A stretch of 64,000 nt of DNA from Camelus ferus. Taxonomy: Eukaryota. The DNA is taken from contig NC_045697.1 of assembly GCF_009834535.1 (NCBI RefSeq), positions 13,270,001-13,334,000 on the forward strand, given 5' to 3'. The notes beneath the pieces were generated by a model. That model was not told where the DNA came from. It was given only the letters and a program-made list of their open reading frames with translations, and made no database searches. Shown here piece by piece: positions 53,146-64,000 of this stretch. Both the position numbers and the translations under genes were made by a program. Within the stretch, counting starts at the first letter, position 1, and each line of letters starts with the position of its first letter.

Positions 53146-53344
53146 CTTATTACCTCCAAGATGTGGACCTTGGTCATCTCTAGGAAAAGGCTATGACAAA
53201 TATGAATGATTGAGAGGAAGACTTTCAATATTAGGTCTCCTCAAAGAGTACTGGTTACTCTTTTCAAGTAACTTCAGAAATTAGCATTTAACTAAGCAAT
53301 ACTCTCTAACTAGTAACTGAATCCTTAGAGTATCTTAACCATTA
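53146..53344. repeat. Copy B of the ~200-bp diverged direct repeat
   Basis: See 50619-50816. Confidence 0.85.
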
Positions 53345-54922
53345 GATGAGAGGTTCAATAACTGTGAAAAAATAACATAGAACACTACTTTTTGTTTGCT
53401 AATAAAGAACGTTCTCCATCTAGATTGTAGAATATGAGCCAGGTTGGTATTAATATTGGGTTTTGTATAAGATTTTTCATGTAGTTATGAGAAAATAAGA
53501 AAAATACTCATATCACTGTATTCAAGATTTCTTACCTCTATCTCTCAGGGGTAAAAATTGAATGATTAAAGGTGTTTTGGCCGCCATTCATGTCTACTAA
53601 TTTCAGGAAGATATCTGTTAAGCTTCCTAGCTCCCTTGACTAAAATTTCCATCTTCCTTCCGGTCTTAATTCAATTTTATGACAAGTTGGACATGATTTG
53701 TCTTAACACTTACATTCCCCCGTCAAGGCAAATGCATTCTGCTCAAACATATGGTCTCTTTTGGACAATATTTTAACTGTAATTTATTCTACACACCCCT
53801 GTGACTTGGCAATCTCTGGGGACCTTGAATGCCTGGATTGGAGGCAGATCTGATGAAGGCCTTCTTGGACTCAATGGCTAATGGGTGAATTGCTTACCAT
53901 TCCTTCGCAGACAGCAACATTAATCTAAATGGAAAAATTCATCACCAGCATTTGCAGCTCTGAATGGTAGCATGTGGTGCTGATCTGGGAGAGTTTCACC
54001 TTTATTATGGCTCTGTAGGCCAGTGACCTAAATATTACTGAAGTGAGAGAACCTCACTTTTGACTACTGATGTTACGGTGGCTCTTCTCTATGAGAACAG
54101 AGAAGTAGTGTTTCTTCTGGGCTTTAATTCTGGGCATAGGTATCAAAGAACATTTCTATTATAATTTAATCACTGAAGAAGGAGGATGAGAAGTCTTAGA
54201 TAAACATAGGTACTTCCAAACCCTATTAGTGACCCACTGCTTTTTTTTTTTTCTTTCTATAATGATGCCATTTCCTAAGATAAATTGAATAAAAACATAT
54301 AACAACCTTACCTTTTGAAATTACACATTAGACTTATAAAACACTTGCAAATATCACCATTTTATGTTTTACGGGTACAGTTGAATTCAGGAAAACAACC
54401 AAAGACATATTTAACTGTGATTGGCGCCTCACTGAGTGATCAATCTAGGTAATAAACATAAACAAATAGATATTTTAATATTTTTTCTGAAGATGGATCC
54501 TAGAAATTTATTAAGCTACAGCCTAATCATCAGAAGAAATAAACACTTTATTGACAATCCTATTGTGAAGCAATACAGACATACAGATTTTCACATTCTG
54601 GCACATTTAATAGTTTCACAGTAATATATAGTCACCCTCAATGTTTTGGAAAAGAACATGTATTATAATAATAACAGCTAGTATTTGTCAGTACTTTCCA
54701 TGTACCAGACAATATGCCCACATTTTTATAAACATCTTTTTTTTTTCTTTCCATAAACATATATTGAATGCTTATTCTAAGTCAAACACTGTTCTAGGAA
54801 CTTGGGATATAGCAATAAACAAACAGACAAAAATAAAGATGCCTGCTATCATAGACAACTTGAGTGAGGGAGACCTTCAGGAAACAATAGATATAGACTG
54901 TAATTAGATTACTATTATAATA

Positions 54923-55368
54923 TTGCTATTTGTTGAATTGTGTTCTCCTAAAATTCATGTATTGAAATCATAAGCCCCACTACCTTGGAATGTAACCTTA
55001 CTTGGGCATGGGGTCTTTACAGAGGTAATCAAGTTAAAATTAACTCAGTAGGATAAGCTCTAATACAATATTAGTGTTCTTATAAAAAGAGGAAACCTGA
55101 AGACAGACACACACTAGAGAGAATGCCATGTGAAGATGAAGGCAGAGATTATAGATTGTTTCTATAAGCCAAGGAACACCAAGGACTGTCAGAAAACCAG
55201 CAGGCAAGGGACTTGGCACAAGTTCTCTGTTACAGCCCTCAGAAGTAACCCACCCTACCAAGACTCTGACCTCAGGCTTCTAACCTACAAAACTGTGAGA
55301 CAGTAAATTTCAGTCCTCAAGCCACCCATTTGGGGTACTTTGCTATGGCAGCCTAGTAAACTAATATA
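54923..55368 (+). mobile_element. MaLR solo LTR (MLT1B/C-like), complete
   Basis: 'tgctatttgttgaattgtgttctcctaaaattcatgtattgaa...gccatgtgaagatgaaggcagagatt...ggcagcctagtaaactaatata'. Confidence 0.9.
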
Positions 55369-55873
55369 AGCAGTTCCTGTTCTCTCCAGTGGTACATGCT
55401 ACTCATCCCATCATGAGGTGGAGTCCATTTACCTTTGTAGCCAGACTGACCATGTGACTTGCTTTGAACAATAACATGAGTTGAAAGTGAGGCTGTGCCA
55501 CTATCAGGATTAGCCTATAAAGGATCTGATAGGTTCTGTCTTTGCTCTCTAGGAATCCAGCTGCCATGCTTTGAACTGGAAGCAGGCCCAGACTTCTGGA
55601 GGAAGAATGGTAACATGAAGGATGACTGAAGCATCCCAAGTGCAACCAGTACCAACCAACAGGTAGACCCATGAGGTCGTCTTTCACATTCCAACTCCCA
55701 GCTGACTCCCACATGAATACAGCTGCAGAGGCCACCTGACCCAACACCGCAGAGCAGAAGAACCGCACAGCTGAACCCAGCTAATCCACAGAACAATGAC
55801 AAATGCTACAGTTGTCATCTTAAGTTTCTGAGTTTTGGGGTGATCTTTACACAGCAATATATCATTGAGAAAT
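55369..55873 (+). mobile_element. MaLR LTR (MLT1G/H-like)
   Basis: 'ctcatcccatcatgaggtggagtccatt...gtgacttgctttgaacaata...gagttttggggtgatctttacacagcaata'. Confidence 0.8.
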
Positions 55874-56249
55874 AGATTAAGTTCCAAGGAAAAAGATTTT
55901 AAAAGTAAGGTGAAGGGATTGAGAGAGAGTATTTGTGTATGGTGGGAATAGTGGGGGAGGTGAGGATGCGGCAATCCTCACTTAATTCTCACAACAATTG
56001 ATGAGATGAATATAATTAATATTCCATCTCCCAGACAAGTGAATGAGGCTTACACAGGTTAAGCAACGTGTCCATGGTTACCTGTGAAGTCCCGATTCTC
56101 ATTCAGGGTATCTTTTTAAGCCACTCTATCAAATAAACTACAGGAAGTGGAAAAATAATAGATCATTGTTGGTGATGGAGTGTCATCAGAGTGAACTTTG
56201 CTCTCCTCCCTAACAGCCTAGAAAATATTTTTAAGTGAAAGATTTAAAG

Positions 56250-56706
56250 TGTGATGCCTAATTTTATATGTCAACTTGACTAGGCCACTATTGTCCTGGG
56301 TGTGTCTGTGTAGGCATTTGTGAATGAAATTAGTATCTGAATCCACAGACTGAGCAAAGCAGATTGCCCTCCCTAATGTGGATGGAACTCATCAAATCAA
56401 CTGAAGGCCTAAATTGGACATAAAGGCTGACTTCTTTCAAAAAAGAGTAATTTCTTCCTTTTCACTGCTTTCAAGTTGGGACGTCAGATTTTTCCTGCCT
56501 TTGGACTTGAACCAAAATACCAGCTTGAGTCTTGAGCTTACAGGCCATTAACCTGGAACCACATCATCATTGCTTCCGAGTCTCTTGCTTGATTGCTGAA
56601 AATCTTGGGGCCTACCATCCTCCATAATTGTGAGTCAATTCCTTAAGTTAAATCAATAAATATGTATCCTTGGATTCTGTTTCTCTGGAAAATGCTGACT
56701 AATATA
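56250..56706 (+). mobile_element. ERVL solo LTR (MLT2-type)
   Basis: 'tgtgatgcctaattttatatgtcaacttgactaggccac...gcagattgccctccctaatgtgg...ttctgtttctctggaaaatgctgactaatata'. Confidence 0.9.
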
Positions 56707-58254
56707 AAAGATATTTTTCCATTTCTTATTAGTAAAAAAAAATAAAGGTACCTAAGTTTGAATAGAATGCCACTGCTTCCACGCTAAAGGTAAAATGCAA
56801 TTGGTATATGTCTGAGAAAGAATCATTGTTTTTGTTATAGATAACGGGTGAATATGATGTCTTGGGTTTAGAGAGCAACTTTAGAAACTTAGTCTGTAAC
56901 AACTTTTTAAAAAGCAAAAAAACACCAAACCTTATGGGAGAGGCTGACTAATGTCAATATGGTGTAACACGCTGAAAGGCTGCTTGAGACTCATTAAATC
57001 CAAACTGAGTTTTCCAATAGGCTTCTTTATAATGTAAAAATAAAGTAAAATAAAAATAATATATTCATGAAAAATTGGGGAAAAAATAGCATCAAGAGAA
57101 ATGAACCAAATATAACTATGCACATTAGACATCTTGCATTTTTTGTCATGAAGTGTGTTCTTTCATAACATGATAGTTGCATTTCTAAGCGAAATTGCAT
57201 AAGAAATAATAAGTTTTAAGAGAAAAAACGAAATTCTTCAGGGAGTTTTGAATTCTTTATACAAAGGAATATGTCACATCTTTACTATGTTGTTATGGTA
57301 TTCAAAAATAATAACTTGATTAAACAAAATACATCTAATAAATAAAGTGTTTTTTCCTTAGTCTTTAAATTTTCCAGATATTTCAGTTTCTGCTGTTATC
57401 TTTTACCTTGACCTCGTAATTTAGATTGTTGCATTATTCACAGTTACCAAAGATAAAGCAAAAGTAAAACCACATTAAAAGTTTAAAAAAGAAAAATAAG
57501 TAAATAAAAAGATGTTAACAGAACAATAAGCCCAGAAATACCTCTGGGCCCCTATTTTTCCTCACGGGAAAATAAAATTATTATTCTCACATTCCCTGGA
57601 TTCAGATTTTGATTATATTGCAACCAGTAATAGTCTGTGTAAAACAAATAATGTTTTCTTATTAGTCAAATTCCAATTATCCTATTTACCCTGGAAACTC
57701 ACACTGTAGGAGAACTGCTCTGCTTAAATTGTGTAGTATTTCCCTTGAAAAGGAAGCAATTTTTCTCCATGCATTTTTAAATAGAATCAGAAAATATATG
57801 CTTTGTGTTTTTCAGCCAGTGCTGTGTTCATAAATTGTATCTTACAGGGTGAAAATAAACAGATACTTTCTAACTGAGATTCCTCCATGATGAAAAATTT
57901 TGTTACTTATGTTATAAGAGGAAAACATGTGAGTGATGAAATAAAAATAGATTCATGTGGTTTCATGATTAATTTTCTGTATGACTTTAGTCATGTTATA
58001 CCAACATGACATGAATTTATATTTCTCTCTTTTTAATAATAATAATAATACCTAATTAGAAGTGTGTCTCCCTTTTCACTTCTTATTTTGTTTATCTGAG
58101 TTCTCTCTTTTTTTAATTGAAGTATAGTCAGTTTGCAATGTTGTGTCAATTTCTGGTGTACAGCATAATAGTTCAGTCATACATGAACATACATATATTC
58201 ATTTTCATATTATTTTTCATTATAGGTTACTAAAAGATATTGAATATAGTTCCA

Positions 58255-59149
58255 GATTTTAGTGGGAAGCTTTTGAGTTTTTCACCATTGAGTACTATGC
58301 TGGCTGTAGGTTTGTCATATATAGCTTTCACCTCACACCAGTCAGAATGGCCGTCATTCAAAAATCCACAAATGACAAATGCTGGAGAGGCTGTGGAGAA
58401 AGGGGAACCCTCCTACACTGCTGGTGGGAATGCAGTTTGGTGCAGCCACTATGGAAAACAGTATGGAGATTCCTCAAAAGACTAGGAATAGACTTACCAT
58501 ATGACCCAGGAATCCCACTCCTGGGCTTGCATCCAGAAGGAAATCTACTTCAGGATGACACCTGCACCCCATTGTTCATAGCAGCACTATTTACAATAGC
58601 CAAAACATGGAAACAGCCTAAATGACCATCAACAGGTGACTGGATAAAGAAGAGGTGGTATATTTATACAATGGAATACTACTCAGCCATAAAAACTGAC
58701 AACATAATGCCATTTGCAGCAACATGGATGCTCCTGGAGAATGTCATTCTAAGTGAAGTAAGCCAGAAAGAGAAAGAAAAATACCATATGAGATCGCTCA
58801 TATGTGGAATCTAAAAAACAAAAACAAAAACAAACAAACAAACAAAAACAAAGCATAAATACAGGACAGAAATAAACTCACAGACAGAGAATACAGACTT
58901 GTGGTTACCAGGGGGGTGGAGGGTGGGAAGGGAAAGACTGGGATTTCAAAATTGTAGAATAGATAAACAAGATTACACTGTATAGCACAGGGAAATATAC
59001 ACAAAATGTTATGATAACTCACAGAGAAAAAAATGTGACAATGAGTGTATATATGTCCATGAACGACTGAAAAATTGTGCTGAACACTGGAATTTGACAC
59101 AACATTGTAAAATGATTATAAATCAATAAAAAATGTTAAAAAAAAAAAA
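58255..59149 (+). mobile_element. Young 5'-inverted L1 insertion
   Basis: Inverted RT-region piece 58255-58328, sense ORF2 C-terminus and 3'UTR 58329-59149 with AATAAA and poly(A); exact 13-bp TSD at 58242-58254 and 59150-59162. Confidence 0.95.
58329..58814 (+). pseudogene. L1 ORF2p C-terminal cysteine-rich segment, with one premature stop
   Basis: [19 protein letters not shown]...WKQPK; TGA at 58623-58625 replaces the usual Cys codon and the frame continues PSTGDWIKK...YHMRSLICGI to TAA at 58812-58814. Confidence 0.9.
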
Positions 59150-62100
59150 GAATATAGTTCCATGCGCTATATAGTATAAACTTGTTGTTTATCTATTTTA
59201 TATATAGTAGTTAGTATCTGCAAATCTCAAACTCCCAATTTACCCCTTCTCATACACTTCCCCCCTGGTAACCATATGTTTGTTTTCTGTGTCTGTGAGT
59301 CTGTTTCTGTTTTGTAAATAAGTTCATTTCTTCTTAGTGAGCCTGGCCACAGGTTTGTCAATTTCATTTACCCTTTCAAAGAACCAGCTCTTGGTTTTAT
59401 TGACTTTTTCTATTGCTTTTTATCTCTATTTTATTAATTTCCTCTCTGATCTGTAATATTTGCTTCCTTCTGCTGACTTTAGGCTTATTTGTTCTTCTTT
59501 TTCTAATTCTTTTAGATGATAGTTTAGGTTGTTTATTTTAGGTTTTTCTTTGTTTTTTGAGGAATGCCTGTATCACTATGAACTTCCCTTTAAGGATTTC
59601 TTTTGCTGCATCCCATAGATTTCACGTGGTTGTGTTTTCATTGTCTTTTGTCACAAGGTATTTTTTTCAATTTCTTCTTTAATTTCATTGTTGACCCATC
59701 GGTTTTTTATTAGCATGTTGTTTAGTCTCCATGAAATTGTTTTTTTCTCATTTCTCTTTCTGTGGTTGATTTCAAGTTTCATGCCATTATGGTCAGAAAA
59801 AAAAAAAAATACTTGAATAAGTTCTATCTTCTTAAATTTGCTGAGGCTTGTTTTGTGTTTGAGTATATGCTCTATCCTGAAAATGCTTCATGTGCACTAG
59901 AAAATAATGTGCATTCTGGTTTTTTGGGATGTAATGTCCTGAAAATGTCAATTAAGTTTAACTGTTCTATTGTGTCATTTAGTATGTCTTTTGCCTTATT
60001 GATTTTCTGTCTGGAAGATCTGTCCATTGATGTTAGTGGAGTGTTAAATTCTCCTACTGTTAGCATCAATTTCTCCCTTTATGTCTGTTAGTATGGGTTT
60101 CATGTATTTAGGTGCTCCTATATTAGGTTCATTTATGTTAATGAGTGTAATATCCTATTCTTACATTCATCCTTTTATCATTATATAGCATCTTTCTATA
60201 TCTTTCTTTATGGCTTTTGTTTTAAAGTCTATTTTTTTCTGATGTGAGTGTTGCTACCCCTGCTTTCTTGTCATTTCTGTTGCATGAAATATCTTTTCCC
60301 ACCCCCTCACTTTTACTCTATGTGTACCCTTTGCCCTAAAGTGAGTCTCTTGAGGCAGCCTATTGTAGGCTCTTGTTTTATTTATCCAACTTTCCACTCT
60401 ATAACTTTTGATTGGAGCATTTAGTCCATTGACATTTAAGATAATTATTGGTAGATATGTATTTATTGCCTTTTTAAATCTTATTTTCCAGTTGATTTTG
60501 TGCTCATAAAGCCACCAGTGCAGATCCATAGGCACTGATCCACTGAAGTCAAGAACCAGGACCTCAGTAGTCATGCACCTGAATCTGCCTTGAGAGCTAC
60601 AAAAGCAGCCCAGACCCCAGCCACACTTCCATGTATGTGCACCTGCAAAGACTGCATCTGCTGTGCCAGACCCACCCCAGCCACGGGAGCACCCATAATC
60701 TGCTCAGATGTCCCACATGCATTGAGTTTACAAAGGCCCTCATGACAGCATAAGTCCGGGGATCTTACAACCACAGGGAGAGGGTTCAGATTTCAACCCT
60801 TCTGTCTAATTCATGTGGCCCCTGGGAGTCAGCTCAGATTTCAGCCCTGCCCCATTTGTGTGCAACCCACCAACACTAGCACACCCCCAGAGCTTGTGGA
60901 GGCAGAGCCGTTACTGCTGTGAGCACACTGAGGGTGAGGCTGCTATGTGGGGGCCTCAGCCTACCCTTAGTGCGCCATTAACAATGGTGTTTCTATGGCA
61001 AGCTCAGGTTCTTGTACCACACTCCAGCCCCTTCAGGCTGCTTTCCCACAGCTAACGCCAGTCCTCTTCTTGGGTCTGTTCTTTGAAGCCCAAGTTTTCA
61101 GCCCTCATGCCTACCAGCAGACATGCGTCTCAAGTTGGGGAATGCAGTGAGGTGGCCAGGACCTTTTTTTTTCCTTTTGTCTTACCCAGTTACACAGTGA
61201 TCTTTATTAGTTTTGGTTGTCTGAGATATTCTGCCAGTTTTCAATAGGTATTCTGTGAGAATTATTACAAACATAGACGTATTTTTGATACATTTGTGGG
61301 AGGATGTGAGCTCCATGTCCTTCTATACTACCATCTTGATTGGAACCCTAAACAATGAGTTTAATTAGCTGTAAAGTTATGATTCTTATGAGAAATAAAT
61401 GTATAAGTTTTCCATCACATTATTTTCCTGTAAAACTGTTTCAGGCGATACTCTGGTCTTCACATTGTGCTTGCAGATACTTATATTTCTGTCCATTATA
61501 AAATTATATTTCAATCCAGATACATTTTTGTGAGAGCTGTTAAATTATCTTATATACTCAGCCACATGTGTAGAGATTGTGACATTTTTTCAGCAAGATA
61601 GTCTTTGCATTTGTGAACAGTGATAGTTTTTAAAAGTGACACTGCTGTGACACTGTTACTAGCCAGATACTAATTTTTACCACATGGGAAGTGTCAACCT
61701 GACCAACGATTATATCATTAGTTACTGTCTTACCAAAGAAAGTCAGATTTGAGAAAATTATATAAAAATTCTGACACCTATCTAAATAAATTATACATAT
61801 ATGAGCAAATGTGGAAGCCATTTGCTCTAGTACAAAAATCATCATAACTACATCCAGATAGAATTTTGTAAACTCTAACCAAAAATGTGCCAGACATTTT
61901 ACCTGGATTTTTTTTTTTAGGCCTGGCAAAGATTTTTTTTGTTCTGTAGTTACGTGTAACTTAGTAGTCTAAGCAAATCTGTGTCCTTGTCTTTGAAAGT
62001 CCCTTTTGAATAAAATTTTCTTAGCAATTTAGTTCGATCTAAGTTAAGATCATGGTTAATTTGATCTAACCATGGTAGTTGTTGTCAGGAATAAAATAAT

Positions 62101-62314
62101 AAGCTTGTAAAGCACTTTGAACTATGCCTAGTGCATAAGAACTCAATAAATTGTATTTTTATTATTAATAAACCAAACTATACTTCAAAGGTTAGAGGGG
62201 CAAATTTCCTCATGTCTAGCAGGCCTTGCTGTTTTTATGATATTAAAATATCTTAAATAACACTAATTATGAAGCTGAGGCTTAGTTTTCTTGTATCTCC
62301 AAAGTGATTCTAAG

Positions 62315-62415
62315 AAGTGTTTACAGTAATGCCATTTTTCAAAACAAATGAAGCTTTGTTTTGAAAAATGGCCCAGAGAAGTTAAGAAATTTTCCCAAGA
62401 TCACAAAGCATTAGA
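62315..62415 (-). mobile_element. MIR fragment containing a perfect inverted repeat
   Basis: 'gccattttt...gcccagagaagttaagaaattttcccaagatcacaaagc'. Confidence 0.65.
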
Positions 62416-62631
62416 CTTGGAGAGATATGCTTACCACTTTATATTTAACCTCCTTGAGTAAGTAATTGATCCAGAAATAAGTATTAGTTACAGGCATGAC
62501 TCAAATTCCTAGGTAGGCTAGTTCAAGAAGAAAACTCATATGATGGTTTCAATATAGTAAAGATAGATTTAGAAAAGAATAACTGAATTATGTTTAAGTT
62601 TCTCTCTTTAATAAAGCAAGATAAAAAAAAA

Positions 62632-63095
62632 GTGGATTAGTCAGCTTGTTGTAGGTTATGCTGTGTAATAAATAATCCCTAAAGTCTTGGAGACTTGGAA
62701 AGCAAAGATTCATTTCTTGTGAAGTATAAAGTTGGTTTCAGTTCTTTTCCATGTATTTATTAATTTTACTATCCATGTTAAAAAAAGAAAAAACAGCCAT
62801 TTTACTAGATTTGCCCATTCTTGTGGTAGAGGGATAGAAGGCTCTGGTACAGACTCAAGATGTTTCATATTGCTTTTGCTTGGAAATGGCACAGTGGAAA
62901 TCTTCACATTCTGTTTTCTAAAGCATGTCACATGACATGCCCAAAGTTAGTGAGACATGGGCTTATATTCCTCCATAGAGGATATGTTTATGTATATGAC
63001 AAGAGACAGGTGTTTAATTCTCTTACCAACAGAATAGAGGAAAGAGAATTTAGAGGGTGGTGGTGAATAAATTCATGTAATAATAAGTCTACTTC
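62632..63095 (-). mobile_element. Old MaLR LTR (MLT1J/K-like)
   Basis: 'attagtcagcttgttgtaggttatgctgtgtaataaataatccctaaagtctt...aaagcatgtcacatgacatgccca'. Confidence 0.7.
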
Positions 63096-63139
63096 AGTGT
63101 TTATTATATCGTAGTTTTTTTTTTAACAAAGATAGACAA

Positions 63140-63974
63140 TGTTTAGGAAAAACTTAATTATTTTTCCTTTACTCTCACACTACAACCACAGTCACAACAC
63201 TTCTGACACTAGATGTATTTTTCCCCCTAAGTAATTATCTGTAGCACCAGTTGGATATCTTACAATTCAACTCAGTTCTGACACTAACCAGAGTTAGTGC
63301 AGACCCCACAGGTTAAGGACTCAGTCCCATAAGGTTCCTTTCCCCACCTCAGATGTCAGATGCAAGTTCCGGTTGTCACCTGTGGGGCTAACCACTGGCT
63401 ATAAATCAGAGATTCCCAAGATCCCCTCTTCACATTCAATCATGTGAAAGAGTAGCTCACAGAACTCAAGAAAACACTTACTTACAAATACCAGTTTATT
63501 ATATAATAAACGATATGCTAAAGAACACAAATGAACAGCCTGATAAAGGGATTCATAGGAAGGAATACAGATGTATTCACCAACATGGAAGCTCTCTGAA
63601 CCTTGTACTTCAGGAATTTTAATGGAGGTTTCATCCTACAGGCATGGTCGGTTATTAACTCTACTTCTGACCTCTCTCCCCTCTCTGAAGAATCAGGGGT
63701 AGGAATGAAAGTTCTGAGCTTCTAACAGTGGCTTGGTCTTTCTGGTGACCTGTCTCCATCCAGAAGCCCACCAAGAATTGCCTCATTAGAACAAAAGATG
63801 TTCCTCACACCCAGGAAATTCCAAGGGTTTTGGAGCTCTATGTCAGAAACCAGAGTCAAAGACTAACTATTAGAACATAAGATTCTCCTCGCACCCTTAT
63901 TAACGAGGGTTTTAGGAACTCTGTGTTACAAACTGGGGACAGAGATCTATATAAATATTTCTTATTATTTCACA
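63140..63974 (-). mobile_element. MER21-type solo LTR, complete
   Basis: TG...CA ends; 'caattcaactcagttctgacactaaccagagttagtgcagaccccacaggttaaggactcagtccca', 'gctcacagaactcaagaaaacacttactta'. Confidence 0.85.
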
Positions 63975-64000
63975 GGCAGAAATAGTTTTTGGAAGGCTTT

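Larger units (their letters stand above)
51040..53440 (+). mobile_element. Long L2 ORF2/3' remnant with several later insertions
   Basis: 'aaacaatcaccttggttaactc' (KPQPWLN-like); 'atcttacttgatcaatcagaagcatttgatgcc' (ILLDQSEAFDA, like the RT motif LLDLSAAFDT); 'tcttccccatctcagttaat'. Confidence 0.75.
54665..56090 (-). mobile_element. MIR (54665-54737 and 55975-56090) split by an L2 3' end (54745-54895 and 55875-55970), itself split by two MLT1 LTRs
   Basis: MIR halves 'ataacagctagtatttg...gtaccagaca' and 'cacttaattctcacaacaa...gaggcttacacaggttaagcaacgtgtcc' are colinear; L2 'cataaacatatattgaatgc...gttctaggaacttgggatatagcaataaac'. Confidence 0.65.
58107..59329 (-). mobile_element. Camelid-type L1 3' end (58107-58254 and 59150-59329) split by a younger L1
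   Basis: Same sequence family as 6953-7165; the halves join across the TSD gaatatagttcca. Confidence 0.88.
58062..61347 (-). mobile_element. L1 with 5'UTR (~60502-61347) joined to the ORF2 endonuclease region (59330-60500 and 58062-58106); ORF1 and 3' two-thirds absent
   Basis: ccatcttg (CAAGATGG) at 61331-61338; ORF 60254..60574 (IILNVNGLNAPIK...QETHF) and ORF 59872..60069 (GEFNTPLTSMDRSSRQKINK) are the ORF2p endonuclease. Confidence 0.88.

Noticed and set aside
55403..55974. Three overlapping minus-strand ORFs of 95-121 aa
   Set aside because: Almost entirely within an MLT1 LTR; no recognisable protein.
61630..61929. 99-aa minus-strand ORF in non-repeat-looking DNA
   Set aside because: Non-ATG start, no recognisable motif and no convincing splice context; compatible with chance.
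1..64000. CRISPR arrays, operons or other prokaryote-type systems, NUMTs, rRNA/snRNA genes
   Set aside because: No regularly spaced repeat-spacer structure, no long ORFs and no recognisable mitochondrial or structural RNA sequence; the content is typical eutherian repeat-rich DNA.

Overview
AT-rich, CpG-poor mammalian genomic DNA, most likely from a camelid: it has two copies of a tRNA-headed SINE of the camelid vic-1 type and several young cetartiodactyl/camelid-type L1 3' ends. Most of the window is made of transposable-element remnants: L1 of several ages, L2, MIR, MaLR/ERVL/ERV1-type solo LTRs and hAT-Charlie MITEs. I recognise no intact host protein-coding gene, RNA gene or CpG island. 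The only ORFs I can name are L1 ORF1/ORF2 remnants, so this looks like intergenic DNA or a long intron. I found no evidence for a new biological system. The points of interest are mechanistic: two 5'-inverted (twin-primed) L1 insertions with readable target-site duplications (TSDs), an L1 whose 5'UTR is fused to ORF2 with ORF1 missing, several L1s that keep the 5' end but lack the 3' end, a tail-less L1 3' end nested in a related copy, 3-4-level nested insertions, an unexplained ~200-bp diverged direct repeat, a short interstitial telomeric array, a perfect 18-bp fold-back inside a MIR, and a few weak candidate exons. Repeat subfamily names come from recalled consensus sequences, not from a database search. 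Boundaries of old elements are approximate.
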